Virus record (IMG/VR): IMGVR_UViG_3300037010_003311
Coordinates: 124,001 to 188,000 of that record
Length of the DNA: 64,000 nt
Direction: 5' to 3' (one strand)
Notes under the pieces: model-generated
Database searches by the model: none
Told to the model about the DNA's origin: nothing
Seen by the model: only the letters and a program-made list of their open reading frames with translations
Made by a program: the position numbers and the translations under genes
In this document: piece by piece, positions 10,874 to 20,160 of the stretch
Numbering within the stretch: position 1 is the stretch's first letter
Layout of the letters: each line of letters starts with the position of its first letter

Positions 10874-10951
10874 CATAGAGGTATATTTCTATATTACTTA
10901 TGTTTTTATAGCTTCAAAGCTATAGAATTTTTAGAACTTTTTGAAATAAAA
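10874..10951. repeat. Right arm of 78-bp inverted repeat flanking terminase
   Basis: Partner of 8602-8679; contains TATAGCTT-CA-AAGCTATA and the TATAGAAATAT motif. Confidence 0.9.
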
Positions 10952-11071
10952 ATCAAAAATTCGAAATCACCAACCGGAAATGTACTAAGTATCCGTAAAT
11001 ATCTAGTGAAAAATTTTGAAAAAATAAATTTAAACTTACTGTATTAAGTGGGCTCATCGATTGTAGTTACT

Positions 11072-11118
11072 AATATCTTTATTTGAGCGACAGGAAAAGT
11101 TACTTAGGCCATGTGGCC
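11072..11118. repeat. 47-bp direct repeat, copy downstream of endonuclease gene
   Basis: AATATCTTTATTTGAGCGACAGGAAAAGTTACTTAGGCCATGTGGCC is identical to 12744-12790. Confidence 0.95.
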
Positions 11119-11120
11119 AT

Positions 11121-12686
11121 TTAATCTAATTTATATGTAATAGACCCGGAATCATAAATTATAGCAAATTTATTATCTATTATAGTTTGAAGTTCATTAT
11201 TTGTAGATAAATTTTTTTCAAAACCAAATTTAGTTTTATGATTTTGAAATTCTGATTCGGAAAATAAAACATTACTATTATTGAGATGCCAATAAAAAGG
11301 TTCTGGTTCATTAATTGTAAATTCTTTAAAACCCAGCGTTTTATATAAATTATCGTTATCCCAACGTCTATCTATAGTAGTTTTAATTGACCCAACATAT
11401 TTTTCTCTAAAATTATTTAGTAATTTGCTAGCAGCCTCTAGTATATTATAACCAAGTTTGTTACAAAATCTTACTAATAACCATTCGTTGTCATTATCTG
11501 AGTTATTAAAAACCATTAAACTCATTAATTCTGCATCTTTATATAAACCATACGCTAGTGTACAATTGGTATAACCTTGTAAATGGTTATATTCTAGAAA
11601 AGTTTTTGCTTCTAGCTTAGATACATTCTTAATTTTTAAATCATTAGCATCAAGTTTTATACCTTTATCTAAAGTACCAGTGATTATAGATTTCCAGATA
11701 TTTTGTTTAATTGGGTTAATCCATTCTGTTTCAAATATATGTAATAGTTTTATGCCTTTGCTTTGGCAGGCATTGGTCTTTTGTAAGTGCCTAGATTGAC
11801 ATGTATATAATTGAGTCTGTTTAGTACATGATGCTCTTTTCTCAGACATATAACTGTGCCAATAAATACCATTATATTCAATTGCTAGTTTATAGTCTGG
11901 TACGTAAATATCTAATTCGTATGGTTTAATAACATCTCTTATATTTTCTTGGATTAAACTTTCTGGGATATTTATTTTAATTATATCAAGTACCTGCTTT
12001 TCAGAAATACTAATAAATGATAACCGGTTATAATCAATTTTTAATTCTTTAATTTTTTGATGTGTCCTAGCTTCCGAACAATTGAAATAAGTTTGGCATT
12101 TGATATAATCAAATCGTTTATCTTTATCAAGAAACTCTTCTATCCAGAATTCTTTATTATTCCAATTTTCAAAATTTAATAAATGACTATTTTTAAAATG
12201 CGAGCTTCCATATTTTTCTAAATTTTTATCCCTCATTTTAGATTTGGATGCTTCTAGCATATTTGGGTGCTTAACTCCATATATAAAAAGACAGGTTTCC
12301 CTACGTTTTCGAATAACTTCCGGGTTACTGGCAGCACAATTATAACCGGTCCGTTCAAAATAAGTTTCTTTTGCCTTAATTCTGGTTTCTTTTATTTTAC
12401 TTGGGTGATTAACCCCATATTTTTGCATACAAGTATTAATAGTATTGGTTTGTTTAATCCGAGCTCTGATTTCTTTAGTATTTTGCTTACAATTGAGATG
12501 CCCACATGTTAAACCATATCCCCGAGTGGTAGTAAAGAACTTTCTTATATTATTACAATCCATATTCAAGCATTTTAAATTCTCCAGATTTAAATTAAAT
12601 TTAAACTGATATTTAATAGCTTGTTTAATATCTTTAATTGTAATATCTGGAAATTGTGTTAATAATTCTTCTTCGGTAATGGTCAA
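11121..12686 (-). CDS. Free-standing homing endonuclease-like protein (Hef-like): Zn finger + KYG repeats + PD-(D/E)xK domain + NHLQG C-terminal domain
   Basis: C-x4-C...C-x4-C; ~23-aa KYG/YG repeats; ELDIYVPDYKLAIEYNGIYWHS nuclease motif; C-terminal NHLQG...RFC...YDSG domain. Confidence 0.8.
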   Translation of the reverse strand: MTITEEELLTQFPDITIKDIKQAIKYQFKFNLNLENLKCLNMDCNNIRKFFTTTRGYGLTCGHLNCKQNTKEIRARIKQTNTINTCMQKYGVNHPSKIKETRIKAKETYFERTGYNCAASNPEVIRKRRETCLFIYGVKHPNMLEASKSKMRDKNLEKYGSSHFKNSHLLNFENWNNKEFWIEEFLDKDKRFDYIKCQTYFNCSEARTHQKIKELKIDYNRLSFISISEKQVLDIIKINIPESLIQENIRDVIKPYELDIYVPDYKLAIEYNGIYWHSYMSEKRASCTKQTQLYTCQSRHLQKTNACQSKGIKLLHIFETEWINPIKQNIWKSIITGTLDKGIKLDANDLKIKNVSKLEAKTFLEYNHLQGYTNCTLAYGLYKDAELMSLMVFNNSDNDNEWLLVRFCNKLGYNILEAASKLLNNFREKYVGSIKTTIDRRWDNDNLYKTLGFKEFTINEPEPFYWHLNNSNVLFSESEFQNHKTKFGFEKNLSTNNELQTIIDNKFAIIYDSGSITYKLD

Positions 12687-12743
12687 ACTAAATTCCTATA
12701 TATTTATTACTTTAATTATATACTAAAATTCTGAATAATAATA

Positions 12744-12790
12744 AATATCTTTATTTGAGCGACAGGAAAAGTTACTTAGGCCATGTGGCC
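12744..12790. repeat. 47-bp direct repeat, copy upstream of endonuclease gene
   Basis: Identical to 11072-11118. Confidence 0.95.
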
Positions 12791-12799
12791 TAAGTAACT
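12760..12799 (-). terminator. Intrinsic terminator after tail tube gene, with CCTGTCG tail
   Basis: AGTTACTTAGGCCA/TGGCCTAAGTAACT stem followed on the minus strand by a T tract and CCTGTCG. Confidence 0.8.
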
Positions 12800-12833
12800 A
12801 TCTGTTACAATGTTCTGGTCGGGATAATTAAAA

Positions 12834-13613
12834 TTAACCAACAATACCATTTTGAACATTAGTATTTGAAACCAACTTATTGTAAATTAATTCAGTATTA
12901 TTGAATATTTTTGCACTGTTTAATATTGCTACAGCTGTAGCAACTACAGTATCGTTAGTTTCAGTTAATGGATAACCATCAAATCTATACTGCACTTGCG
13001 GACGAACAATGGAGTTATCCATAATATTACTATCATACGCGCTGTTAAGGTCAGTTAGACATTGAACACCATCATAGTATGCAACTTTAATTATATCACC
13101 TGTCGTCCATACTTGTGGGGAACCACCAACTTGACGAGCTACTGGTTTAGTTTGAATAACCATACAAGTTCCTTTATATTCAGAACTTGAAAAGTCTTTG
13201 GCAGCAATTGATGTACCAAGATATGGATCAAGGTATCCAGTCCAAGTACGGTGAACTCTCATAATTGGAGCTCCCCAATAATCTTTATATTGAATACCAA
13301 ATTCTCGAGTGATAGTTTGGCCAGCGAGGAAACTTGCTCCACCAGCTCCACCCATACCTTGTGTATCTTGTAGCATCATCTGTCTATCAGCATGAGGTGT
13401 ATAACCTTCAGCTGAAGATAATAGGTAGTTTTTAGCATTAGATCTGGTTATACCATCTTCCGTGAATAGAACATTTGGTAATCCAAAAAATACATAAAAA
13501 TAACCTTTAATAAATGGGTGGTCGGACGCAGTACGACCAGCCCCACCCGTATAACGATCAGCAGACGCTGTTGATGAATCTTTTATAGCAATTGTATTTA
13601 AAAAAGAGCTCAT
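12834..13613 (-). CDS. Tail tube protein
   Basis: 259 aa directly downstream of the sheath; tube-like pattern (W..Y.DP..G, YKG, terminal FDG). Confidence 0.72.
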   Translation of the reverse strand: MSSFLNTIAIKDSSTASADRYTGGAGRTASDHPFIKGYFYVFFGLPNVLFTEDGITRSNAKNYLLSSAEGYTPHADRQMMLQDTQGMGGAGGASFLAGQTITREFGIQYKDYWGAPIMRVHRTWTGYLDPYLGTSIAAKDFSSSEYKGTCMVIQTKPVARQVGGSPQVWTTGDIIKVAYYDGVQCLTDLNSAYDSNIMDNSIVRPQVQYRFDGYPLTETNDTVVATAVAILNSAKIFNNTELIYNKLVSNTNVQNGIVG

Positions 13614-13632
13614 TTTTTTCCTTTCTTATTTA

Positions 13633-15966
13633 TTATATAACGATAATTGGAATATCGATTACTTCGATAGTGCCAATAGGATTAACAGTAATACTCAAGC
13701 GGAGTGTGTATGTTGACTCGTTATAAACTGCATTAATATTTACAGAACTAAAAATACCATCTTTAAAGTTTTCATTAGAAACTTTATATTTCGACATGTA
13801 CTTATCCACACGTTCAACAGCAACATCAACTACATTAGAAGTCTCTTTACGTTGGACTAAATCTTTCAATAATTTAGGAAGATCTTTTCTTATACGGTGA
13901 ATAACTTTAACCACAGAACCTCTACTTAATTTGGAAGCTTTTTTATAAGCGGTTAATTGATCTATGAAATAAGTACCTTCTGGTTCAACTATGATAGTAT
14001 TAATTTGCATATTTCTTAATTTTGCAATTTGTGATGCACCTGGTTCATAAGCTAGGTTCTGACGAGTAGCATTCAGTAAACCACCTTTAGCGATATTAGC
14101 AACTGGTTCAGTTATACTATAATCTCTATCAGTTTTCAAGTGAGCCATTAAAGCATAATAAGAGGTTGGCATACGTAGACGCTGACCGTTAGTTAAACTG
14201 ATATGCTCTTTGTTAACTTGTGAACTATAAATCATAGTGTTATAAGAACTTAGGCTAAGTACCGAGTTTCTGATATCATAATCAGATTGTACAGCAGTTT
14301 CGTTGCTAGTGTTTGTACCAATATTATAGTTTACTGGTGGAACACTTACTAGTGGCATTGTTATACCAATACTATCACCAAATAATGTAATAGCATTAAT
14401 GACGTCAACATTGTTAGACCAATCTGGAACATAATCAAAATCATATTTTGGATACATTACTTCACGAATCTCTTTTGTATTATTAAAGAAATCAACTAGG
14501 ATATCTCTAGCTTTACAGGTTTGAGCCATTGATGGTAAATATAAGTATCCAGCGCTATTAAATAATGGATTAGTAGCTGTAGCACTATCGTCTTGTCCAC
14601 TCTCCATTTTAATATTGTGGTTTAGTAAATAGTTATAAATATACCAGCGTAAGAAACCAACTTGGTTATAAACTAGTTTACCCTCAGTATTTATAGTTAC
14701 TTGATAGTAAGAGTTATCACCATCAAAATATTTTATAGATGGAATATCTGTTGTAGCTGGATTAGCTATTAAATTATAACCAAGAGTCACTTTCGTTGCC
14801 GGAACTGAATTAGCATCACTCACACCACCAACTGGAACCCATACTAATTCTGCATAACGAATAGTACCAGTATTATCAACGAATGAAATGTATTGGATAT
14901 AATCTTTTGTATCATAATAAAAATTATCTGATTTAACTTGACGTGATATACTATATACTGTAGCTAATGAACCATCAGCTTGAGCAACAATATCACTCGT
15001 TCCAAATATTTCATATTTTTTACCAGCATCAATAAGTATTAAGCGGTTTGCTTGCCCCATTTCTGAATTCAATTGATCAATAGTTGCATATTTTCTTAAT
15101 TCATCACGGATCGTGCTTGAATTTAGATTAACGTCTGCATCGATATCAATTGCCATACTAATGAAATCATTTTTTAGTTTAGAGATTTGATTAACAAAAA
15201 GCTCTTCACCATTATACATATCCACTATTATTTTACCAGTTTTGTTATCTTGATCAATTAATGAAAAAGTAAACGAGTCACTCATAGATTTAACAGTACC
15301 ATTAGAATTTTCAAAAATTCCAGTTTTAATATAGTTAAATTTATAGTTAGTTTCACCATCGCGGTTACTATCTAGTTTTTCATAATCAGTAGCATTACTA
15401 AAAGTCATGAAAAGGTCATTGTACCCGATACCAGGTGCTTGAGCCAAGATACTAAATGCAATTCTACTATTATTAGGGTTTGGTATTGTTTTAGTATGAT
15501 CATGTGGATCAGTAATATAATCAGCACTTAAAGAATCAATAACTGAAACGTATTCATCTTTACTATTAATCTCTTCAAATGTTGAAACTTTAATAACTTT
15601 ACTATTACTATTATTATCTAATGCTTCATCTGCTAACTGATCGTACTTAGATGGTGCATATTTAGTTTTATCAATAGATATACAGTAGTTTGCATACGTA
15701 GCATCTGGTGATTTTAAACAGTAAGTTAAAACTTTATTAGTGAATTGGAATGCATCGTTTGCATACTCTAATCCAAGTCCATAACGATTAACATCAATCG
15801 CACCGTGTTTGTATTTTAGTTCAGATGGAGTTGTACACCAATTAAAACCTTTTCCGTACTTAGCGAATAAAGGTATAAACGGGACTCTACCACCAGCTAC
15901 AGATACTTCAGTAGTCGGTTGATCAATTACCGACGTTGTAATACCTGGTATTATATCATTTGCCAT
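13633..15966 (-). CDS. Tail sheath protein
   Basis: N-terminal IPGITTSVIDQ; C-terminal EPVANIAKG, QINTII, DQLT..K.SKLSR, VNPIGTIEVIDI, typical of contractile sheaths. Confidence 0.87.
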   Translation of the reverse strand: MANDIIPGITTSVIDQPTTEVSVAGGRVPFIPLFAKYGKGFNWCTTPSELKYKHGAIDVNRYGLGLEYANDAFQFTNKVLTYCLKSPDATYANYCISIDKTKYAPSKYDQLADEALDNNSNSKVIKVSTFEEINSKDEYVSVIDSLSADYITDPHDHTKTIPNPNNSRIAFSILAQAPGIGYNDLFMTFSNATDYEKLDSNRDGETNYKFNYIKTGIFENSNGTVKSMSDSFTFSLIDQDNKTGKIIVDMYNGEELFVNQISKLKNDFISMAIDIDADVNLNSSTIRDELRKYATIDQLNSEMGQANRLILIDAGKKYEIFGTSDIVAQADGSLATVYSISRQVKSDNFYYDTKDYIQYISFVDNTGTIRYAELVWVPVGGVSDANSVPATKVTLGYNLIANPATTDIPSIKYFDGDNSYYQVTINTEGKLVYNQVGFLRWYIYNYLLNHNIKMESGQDDSATATNPLFNSAGYLYLPSMAQTCKARDILVDFFNNTKEIREVMYPKYDFDYVPDWSNNVDVINAITLFGDSIGITMPLVSVPPVNYNIGTNTSNETAVQSDYDIRNSVLSLSSYNTMIYSSQVNKEHISLTNGQRLRMPTSYYALMAHLKTDRDYSITEPVANIAKGGLLNATRQNLAYEPGASQIAKLRNMQINTIIVEPEGTYFIDQLTAYKKASKLSRGSVVKVIHRIRKDLPKLLKDLVQRKETSNVVDVAVERVDKYMSKYKVSNENFKDGIFSSVNINAVYNESTYTLRLSITVNPIGTIEVIDIPIIVI

Positions 15967-15980
15967 AAAGGTCTCCTTTA

Positions 15981-16000
15981 AATATTTTGCGCAAAATATT
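15981..16000. promoter_or_regulatory. Perfect 20-bp palindrome next to the sheath RBS
   Basis: AATATTTTGCGCAAAATATT. Confidence 0.4.
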
Positions 16001-16091
16001 GTATTTTTTTGGGTTTGAATATTTCTGACGGTTTACTATAAACCTATTCCATAAAAGGCTATAAAACTTATACCGAGGTATAAGTAGTGGC

Positions 16092-16859
16092 TTATACCAA
16101 AATAAACCACTCGATCATAAGATCGTCACTAGCTTCTAACCACTTATTTAAAGTAGTGAATCTAGCAAAAATTGAACTATCAGCATTAAATTTTTCAGCA
16201 TCCGTAGCACCGAATGGTACATCTGGATTACCAATTTCGGTATTAACCATTAATAGAGAGGCTTCATTAAATCTAAATACCCTAGTTGGATAATTTGGAT
16301 TTTGATTACATTCATCTGCTAACACATACATAGTAAATTTAACAGTAGTTTTTGCACTGATATCTTTGAACACTTGATTTCCAGTGCTATCTATAGTACT
16401 GATATGATGTGTTTCATCAACTATCTCTATCTTACCACCATCGGCAGTAATAAGTTTTGATTTACCATTATGTATATAACGATAAATACCATTATCTAAA
16501 CTATTACCAGCACTAAATGGGACCGGATCAAATAAATCAGTATCATCATCAAATGGCCCTATTTTAGATGGTGTCTGACCAACATCACAACCACCAGAAC
16601 CAACGCGGAAGTATCTTATATTAAATTCTGCTCCATTTTCTTGCCCGACCAATTTTTTTAATAATTTTTCGCGACCCGCCAATACAACAAGATTGTTTTC
16701 AAGGATTGGTTCTCCCGTTCTAAGATTAGTAACTCTTACCCTACCAATCTCAGAATGGTTATGATCTAGATCTGGCCAAGTAGCCCAGGTCTCGTCGGCT
16801 GGAGAAAGATTACTACTATCTATTTCGGTAAATGTGGTTAATCTATTTTTTCTTTGCAT
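16092..16859 (-). CDS. Putative baseplate / fibre-attachment protein
   Basis: NLVVLAGR...F.VGSGG...NEASL...FARFT motif series seen in myophage baseplate proteins. Confidence 0.5.
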   Translation of the reverse strand: MQRKNRLTTFTEIDSSNLSPADETWATWPDLDHNHSEIGRVRVTNLRTGEPILENNLVVLAGREKLLKKLVGQENGAEFNIRYFRVGSGGCDVGQTPSKIGPFDDDTDLFDPVPFSAGNSLDNGIYRYIHNGKSKLITADGGKIEIVDETHHISTIDSTGNQVFKDISAKTTVKFTMYVLADECNQNPNYPTRVFRFNEASLLMVNTEIGNPDVPFGATDAEKFNADSSIFARFTTLNKWLEASDDLMIEWFILV

Positions 16860-16875
16860 TTAATTTCCTTAAAAT

Positions 16876-19113
16876 CTATAAATCAATAATTACACCATTA
16901 CGGTATACGCTTAATGTTACATCATCATTTATAAAAGAACCTGAATTTTGGTCTTTTATTTGTTTCACAATAGTAGTTCTATTGCTACCTTTTTTAGCAT
17001 CCACTCCGCTTGGTTCACGATTTAATACAATATTTCTGCTTAATTGCTTTGTACCAACTGCCGACTGATTTATAACCTTTAATGGTATAAAATTCATTTT
17101 ATCTTTAATTTTTAAAATCTGGGTATCGTCATTCATATAACTTTGATCAATATTAAAAAAATAATTTTCAAAAAGATTTATTATTGGATTAAAGAACTCT
17201 TTCTTAAACGTATCACTTAGTATGAATCGACTAAACATATCCCTAATAAAAATTTTAGATATTTTATCAGTTTTAGATACATCTGGATCAACTTGTCGGT
17301 ATAGATTCAAAAACGTTTCAAAATATATTTTATCACCAAGTGGTGGATCATTTGGATTTAATGGATCAATAACCTTTGCTATATCTTTTAATCTTTCAAT
17401 CTCTTGTATTAGCCTTGGATACTTAGATATAATCTTTTGTCTAAATAAAATATAATTTGATTCAGAATATGTAAGTAATAGATTAATAAAAGTATCTCTA
17501 TCTAATTCGGTGAGATTCCACTCATTTTTAATAAATGTTAATTCATCTATCGCGGCTGTGGCCACAGCCGCATCTAATATACCATTAGCTTTTTGTTCGT
17601 TTAAAAAGCCAGTTAATAGTTCAATCAATGGGGTTAAAGTCTCTGGCAGATTACCATATAACTTAGCCCTGAGATCAGCACTAGTAAATACTGTGTTTAA
17701 GTCTATATTTTCTTGAGTGCTTAGTAATGAATTAAATTTAAACTTAAATTCTTTTAACTGGTCATATGGTGCTAACTTTTTAATATATTTACCATTTTCT
17801 AGTACCCAAGTATCTGAATTATCGATCAATAGATTTTTATAATCCTGGATCAGGGTTTCAATAGTTGGTAACATAGTTAATGGATATTGGAAATAACTAT
17901 AATAGTTAGGAATAACTTCGTTTCGATCAAGTTTAGAATTAAATCTATAAACCGTAGTATCAAAATCCCAACCAGGATTCCGAAATTTAAGTTCTTCTAT
18001 TTTTATATAAGTTAGAATATTTAAGTAGTCACCAAGAGGTATACGATTACTATAATTACCAATATTTATATAAAACTTATTATTCTGTAAAGCTGTGGTA
18101 CCATACATGCGGACCAGATCTGGATACATGGACATAGTATCATAAATATCATCACCAGTATTATACTGTATATATAGTACATTAGTATGAACTGGAAAAA
18201 TGTTACGTTTAGTAACTCTATCATTTCTACTAATATATTGCTCAAGTCTCATAAAATATTTAGAAGTAACAATATTTGCATCTAAATCAGTAATTAACTT
18301 TTTTGGATCCATTATATAAACCGGTTTTAGTTTATAGGCATACTTCTTAATACCATGAGTCTGGGAATCTGATATACTAAGATCAGTCTTTATGGATCCC
18401 GTGAGATCTGAACTATCAATAAAAATTTCAAAAGGTTCACTATTTGCTGGATCTAGAGCAATTTGCTCAGCCGTTGGGGCAAGTGTAAATTTTATTTTGT
18501 ACCAAGGTTTAACTTTTAAAGTGACGGTGGTTACCTTTTTCATATTTGCGTAATCAAATGAAATAGTAAGATGTGGTGTCAAGGTTGGATAATGAACAGC
18601 AACTCCGATATTGCTAATATCTTTAGCATAATACTTTTCAATTGGATAATATTTACCATCATCTTCTAAGTATTCAATTTTATCTATAACTGGTACTTGG
18701 TATTTAGCATTCACATACTCATCAGTCTCTTCGACTACAACATTATAAAAATTTATATCACCAAGTACATCTTCCATGACCTGAGCAAATAGTTTATAGA
18801 TTTGGGGAGTACCTCTTTTCTCAAAGAGTTGGTTTAATATATATATTATTTTTGCTTTGTAATCATCTGGTATTGTTTTAGTAATATTATCATCTATACC
18901 AAATTGCATAAAATAAAGAGTCAAGAATTTTTTACTTGGTTGATTCTTTAAAAAATTTATTATGTCTTCTGGTATAGTCTGGTATAAATCGGATAATACG
19001 GTACTAAATAACTGTTTAATATCATTAGTATTATTCAAAGTATTAAACATTGGTAAAGTGACTAATAACTCGCTAAATTCATTGATAAGTTTATCATCTA
19101 TAAGCGTATTCAA
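16876..19113 (-). CDS. Putative baseplate wedge protein
   Basis: 745 aa in the structural operon; LFEKRGT resembles the Y..KGT wedge motif. Confidence 0.45.
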   Translation of the reverse strand: MNTLIDDKLINEFSELLVTLPMFNTLNNTNDIKQLFSTVLSDLYQTIPEDIINFLKNQPSKKFLTLYFMQFGIDDNITKTIPDDYKAKIIYILNQLFEKRGTPQIYKLFAQVMEDVLGDINFYNVVVEETDEYVNAKYQVPVIDKIEYLEDDGKYYPIEKYYAKDISNIGVAVHYPTLTPHLTISFDYANMKKVTTVTLKVKPWYKIKFTLAPTAEQIALDPANSEPFEIFIDSSDLTGSIKTDLSISDSQTHGIKKYAYKLKPVYIMDPKKLITDLDANIVTSKYFMRLEQYISRNDRVTKRNIFPVHTNVLYIQYNTGDDIYDTMSMYPDLVRMYGTTALQNNKFYINIGNYSNRIPLGDYLNILTYIKIEELKFRNPGWDFDTTVYRFNSKLDRNEVIPNYYSYFQYPLTMLPTIETLIQDYKNLLIDNSDTWVLENGKYIKKLAPYDQLKEFKFKFNSLLSTQENIDLNTVFTSADLRAKLYGNLPETLTPLIELLTGFLNEQKANGILDAAVATAAIDELTFIKNEWNLTELDRDTFINLLLTYSESNYILFRQKIISKYPRLIQEIERLKDIAKVIDPLNPNDPPLGDKIYFETFLNLYRQVDPDVSKTDKISKIFIRDMFSRFILSDTFKKEFFNPIINLFENYFFNIDQSYMNDDTQILKIKDKMNFIPLKVINQSAVGTKQLSRNIVLNREPSGVDAKKGSNRTTIVKQIKDQNSGSFINDDVTLSVYRNGVIIDL

Positions 19114-19152
19114 AATTTTCCTTTCAATCTAAATATCCATGACCGTATGGAT

Positions 19153-20130
19153 CTAAACTAGATCCAATGTTATGTTAATGAATGGGCTATATAACTCATA
19201 CAATGTTGCTACTGCAACATATAGCGCCGAGGCAGTTTGGGTTGTACCACTTGTTACTGCGGGCACTACCGCTACAATTGGATAACCATTATCATTAGTT
19301 TGGTATTTATAATTTAGTATGACTGGTAGATCTACTTTAGCTAATGTTTTTAAAGCATGTATCGTACGATTTACCAAAGTTTGATCATCTGCAGAAAGAC
19401 TAATATCACTAAAAAGGCACTTGGTTGGATTATAAAAACTTTTAATTGTTTTAATGAGATTAGCTTTCTGATTAATTAATCCAACGAAATTACTATAGTA
19501 ATGGCTTGGGTACCAAATATCAAATTCATTATTAAAGTAATATGTTTCATTAACTTGTACTAGGTCCAAACTACTTTTAACGAGTGGAGCGTTTTCATAA
19601 GTTATTTGGTATAGTTTTAGATCTTTATGTACGCTTTGAATATATGTTACCCCGAGTACCCGGAATATTTCATTTGGTTCGGAATAGAAGCTAAATAGAT
19701 CATCTGGTAATGGTTCAGTCATTTGAAATATAGTCATAGTGCTACTAGAATTAATATCATAACCAAATCTATCATCATTCCTACCAATTTGGTAGGATAA
19801 TGGATTATTGTTAAACGATGGGCAGAATTCATAAACATTATAAACGGAATCTTCTAATTTTTTAACATTATGAATACTTGTTTCATTATCGAAGTTACTA
19901 TTCTTTGGAATATAGTTATGGTAAAATTTTACAACAACCGAATCCTTTTTAGAGTTCAATAAATAATAGTTTAAGTTCTTAATATACTCTTTATATATAG
20001 AATACTGATAAAAATCTTGGGTTAATAAAGTAGCTCCTGATTCAAATATACCACCATCACTTGGTAGGTTCGGAAATGCTTTATTAACCGGATTATCAAT
20101 ATTTGCTTGATTCACTCGAGGAGTTGGCAT
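19153..20130 (-). CDS. Virion structural protein, possibly neck/head-closure (gp14-like)
   Basis: EPLPDDLFSF...EIFRVLGV resembles the gp14 P..GDLI.F...LFEI..V motif; weak. Confidence 0.4.
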   Translation of the reverse strand: MPTPRVNQANIDNPVNKAFPNLPSDGGIFESGATLLTQDFYQYSIYKEYIKNLNYYLLNSKKDSVVVKFYHNYIPKNSNFDNETSIHNVKKLEDSVYNVYEFCPSFNNNPLSYQIGRNDDRFGYDINSSSTMTIFQMTEPLPDDLFSFYSEPNEIFRVLGVTYIQSVHKDLKLYQITYENAPLVKSSLDLVQVNETYYFNNEFDIWYPSHYYSNFVGLINQKANLIKTIKSFYNPTKCLFSDISLSADDQTLVNRTIHALKTLAKVDLPVILNYKYQTNDNGYPIVAVVPAVTSGTTQTASALYVAVATLYELYSPFINITLDLV

Positions 20131-20160
20131 AATGGTTCCTTTCTGATTCGATCATCTAAT

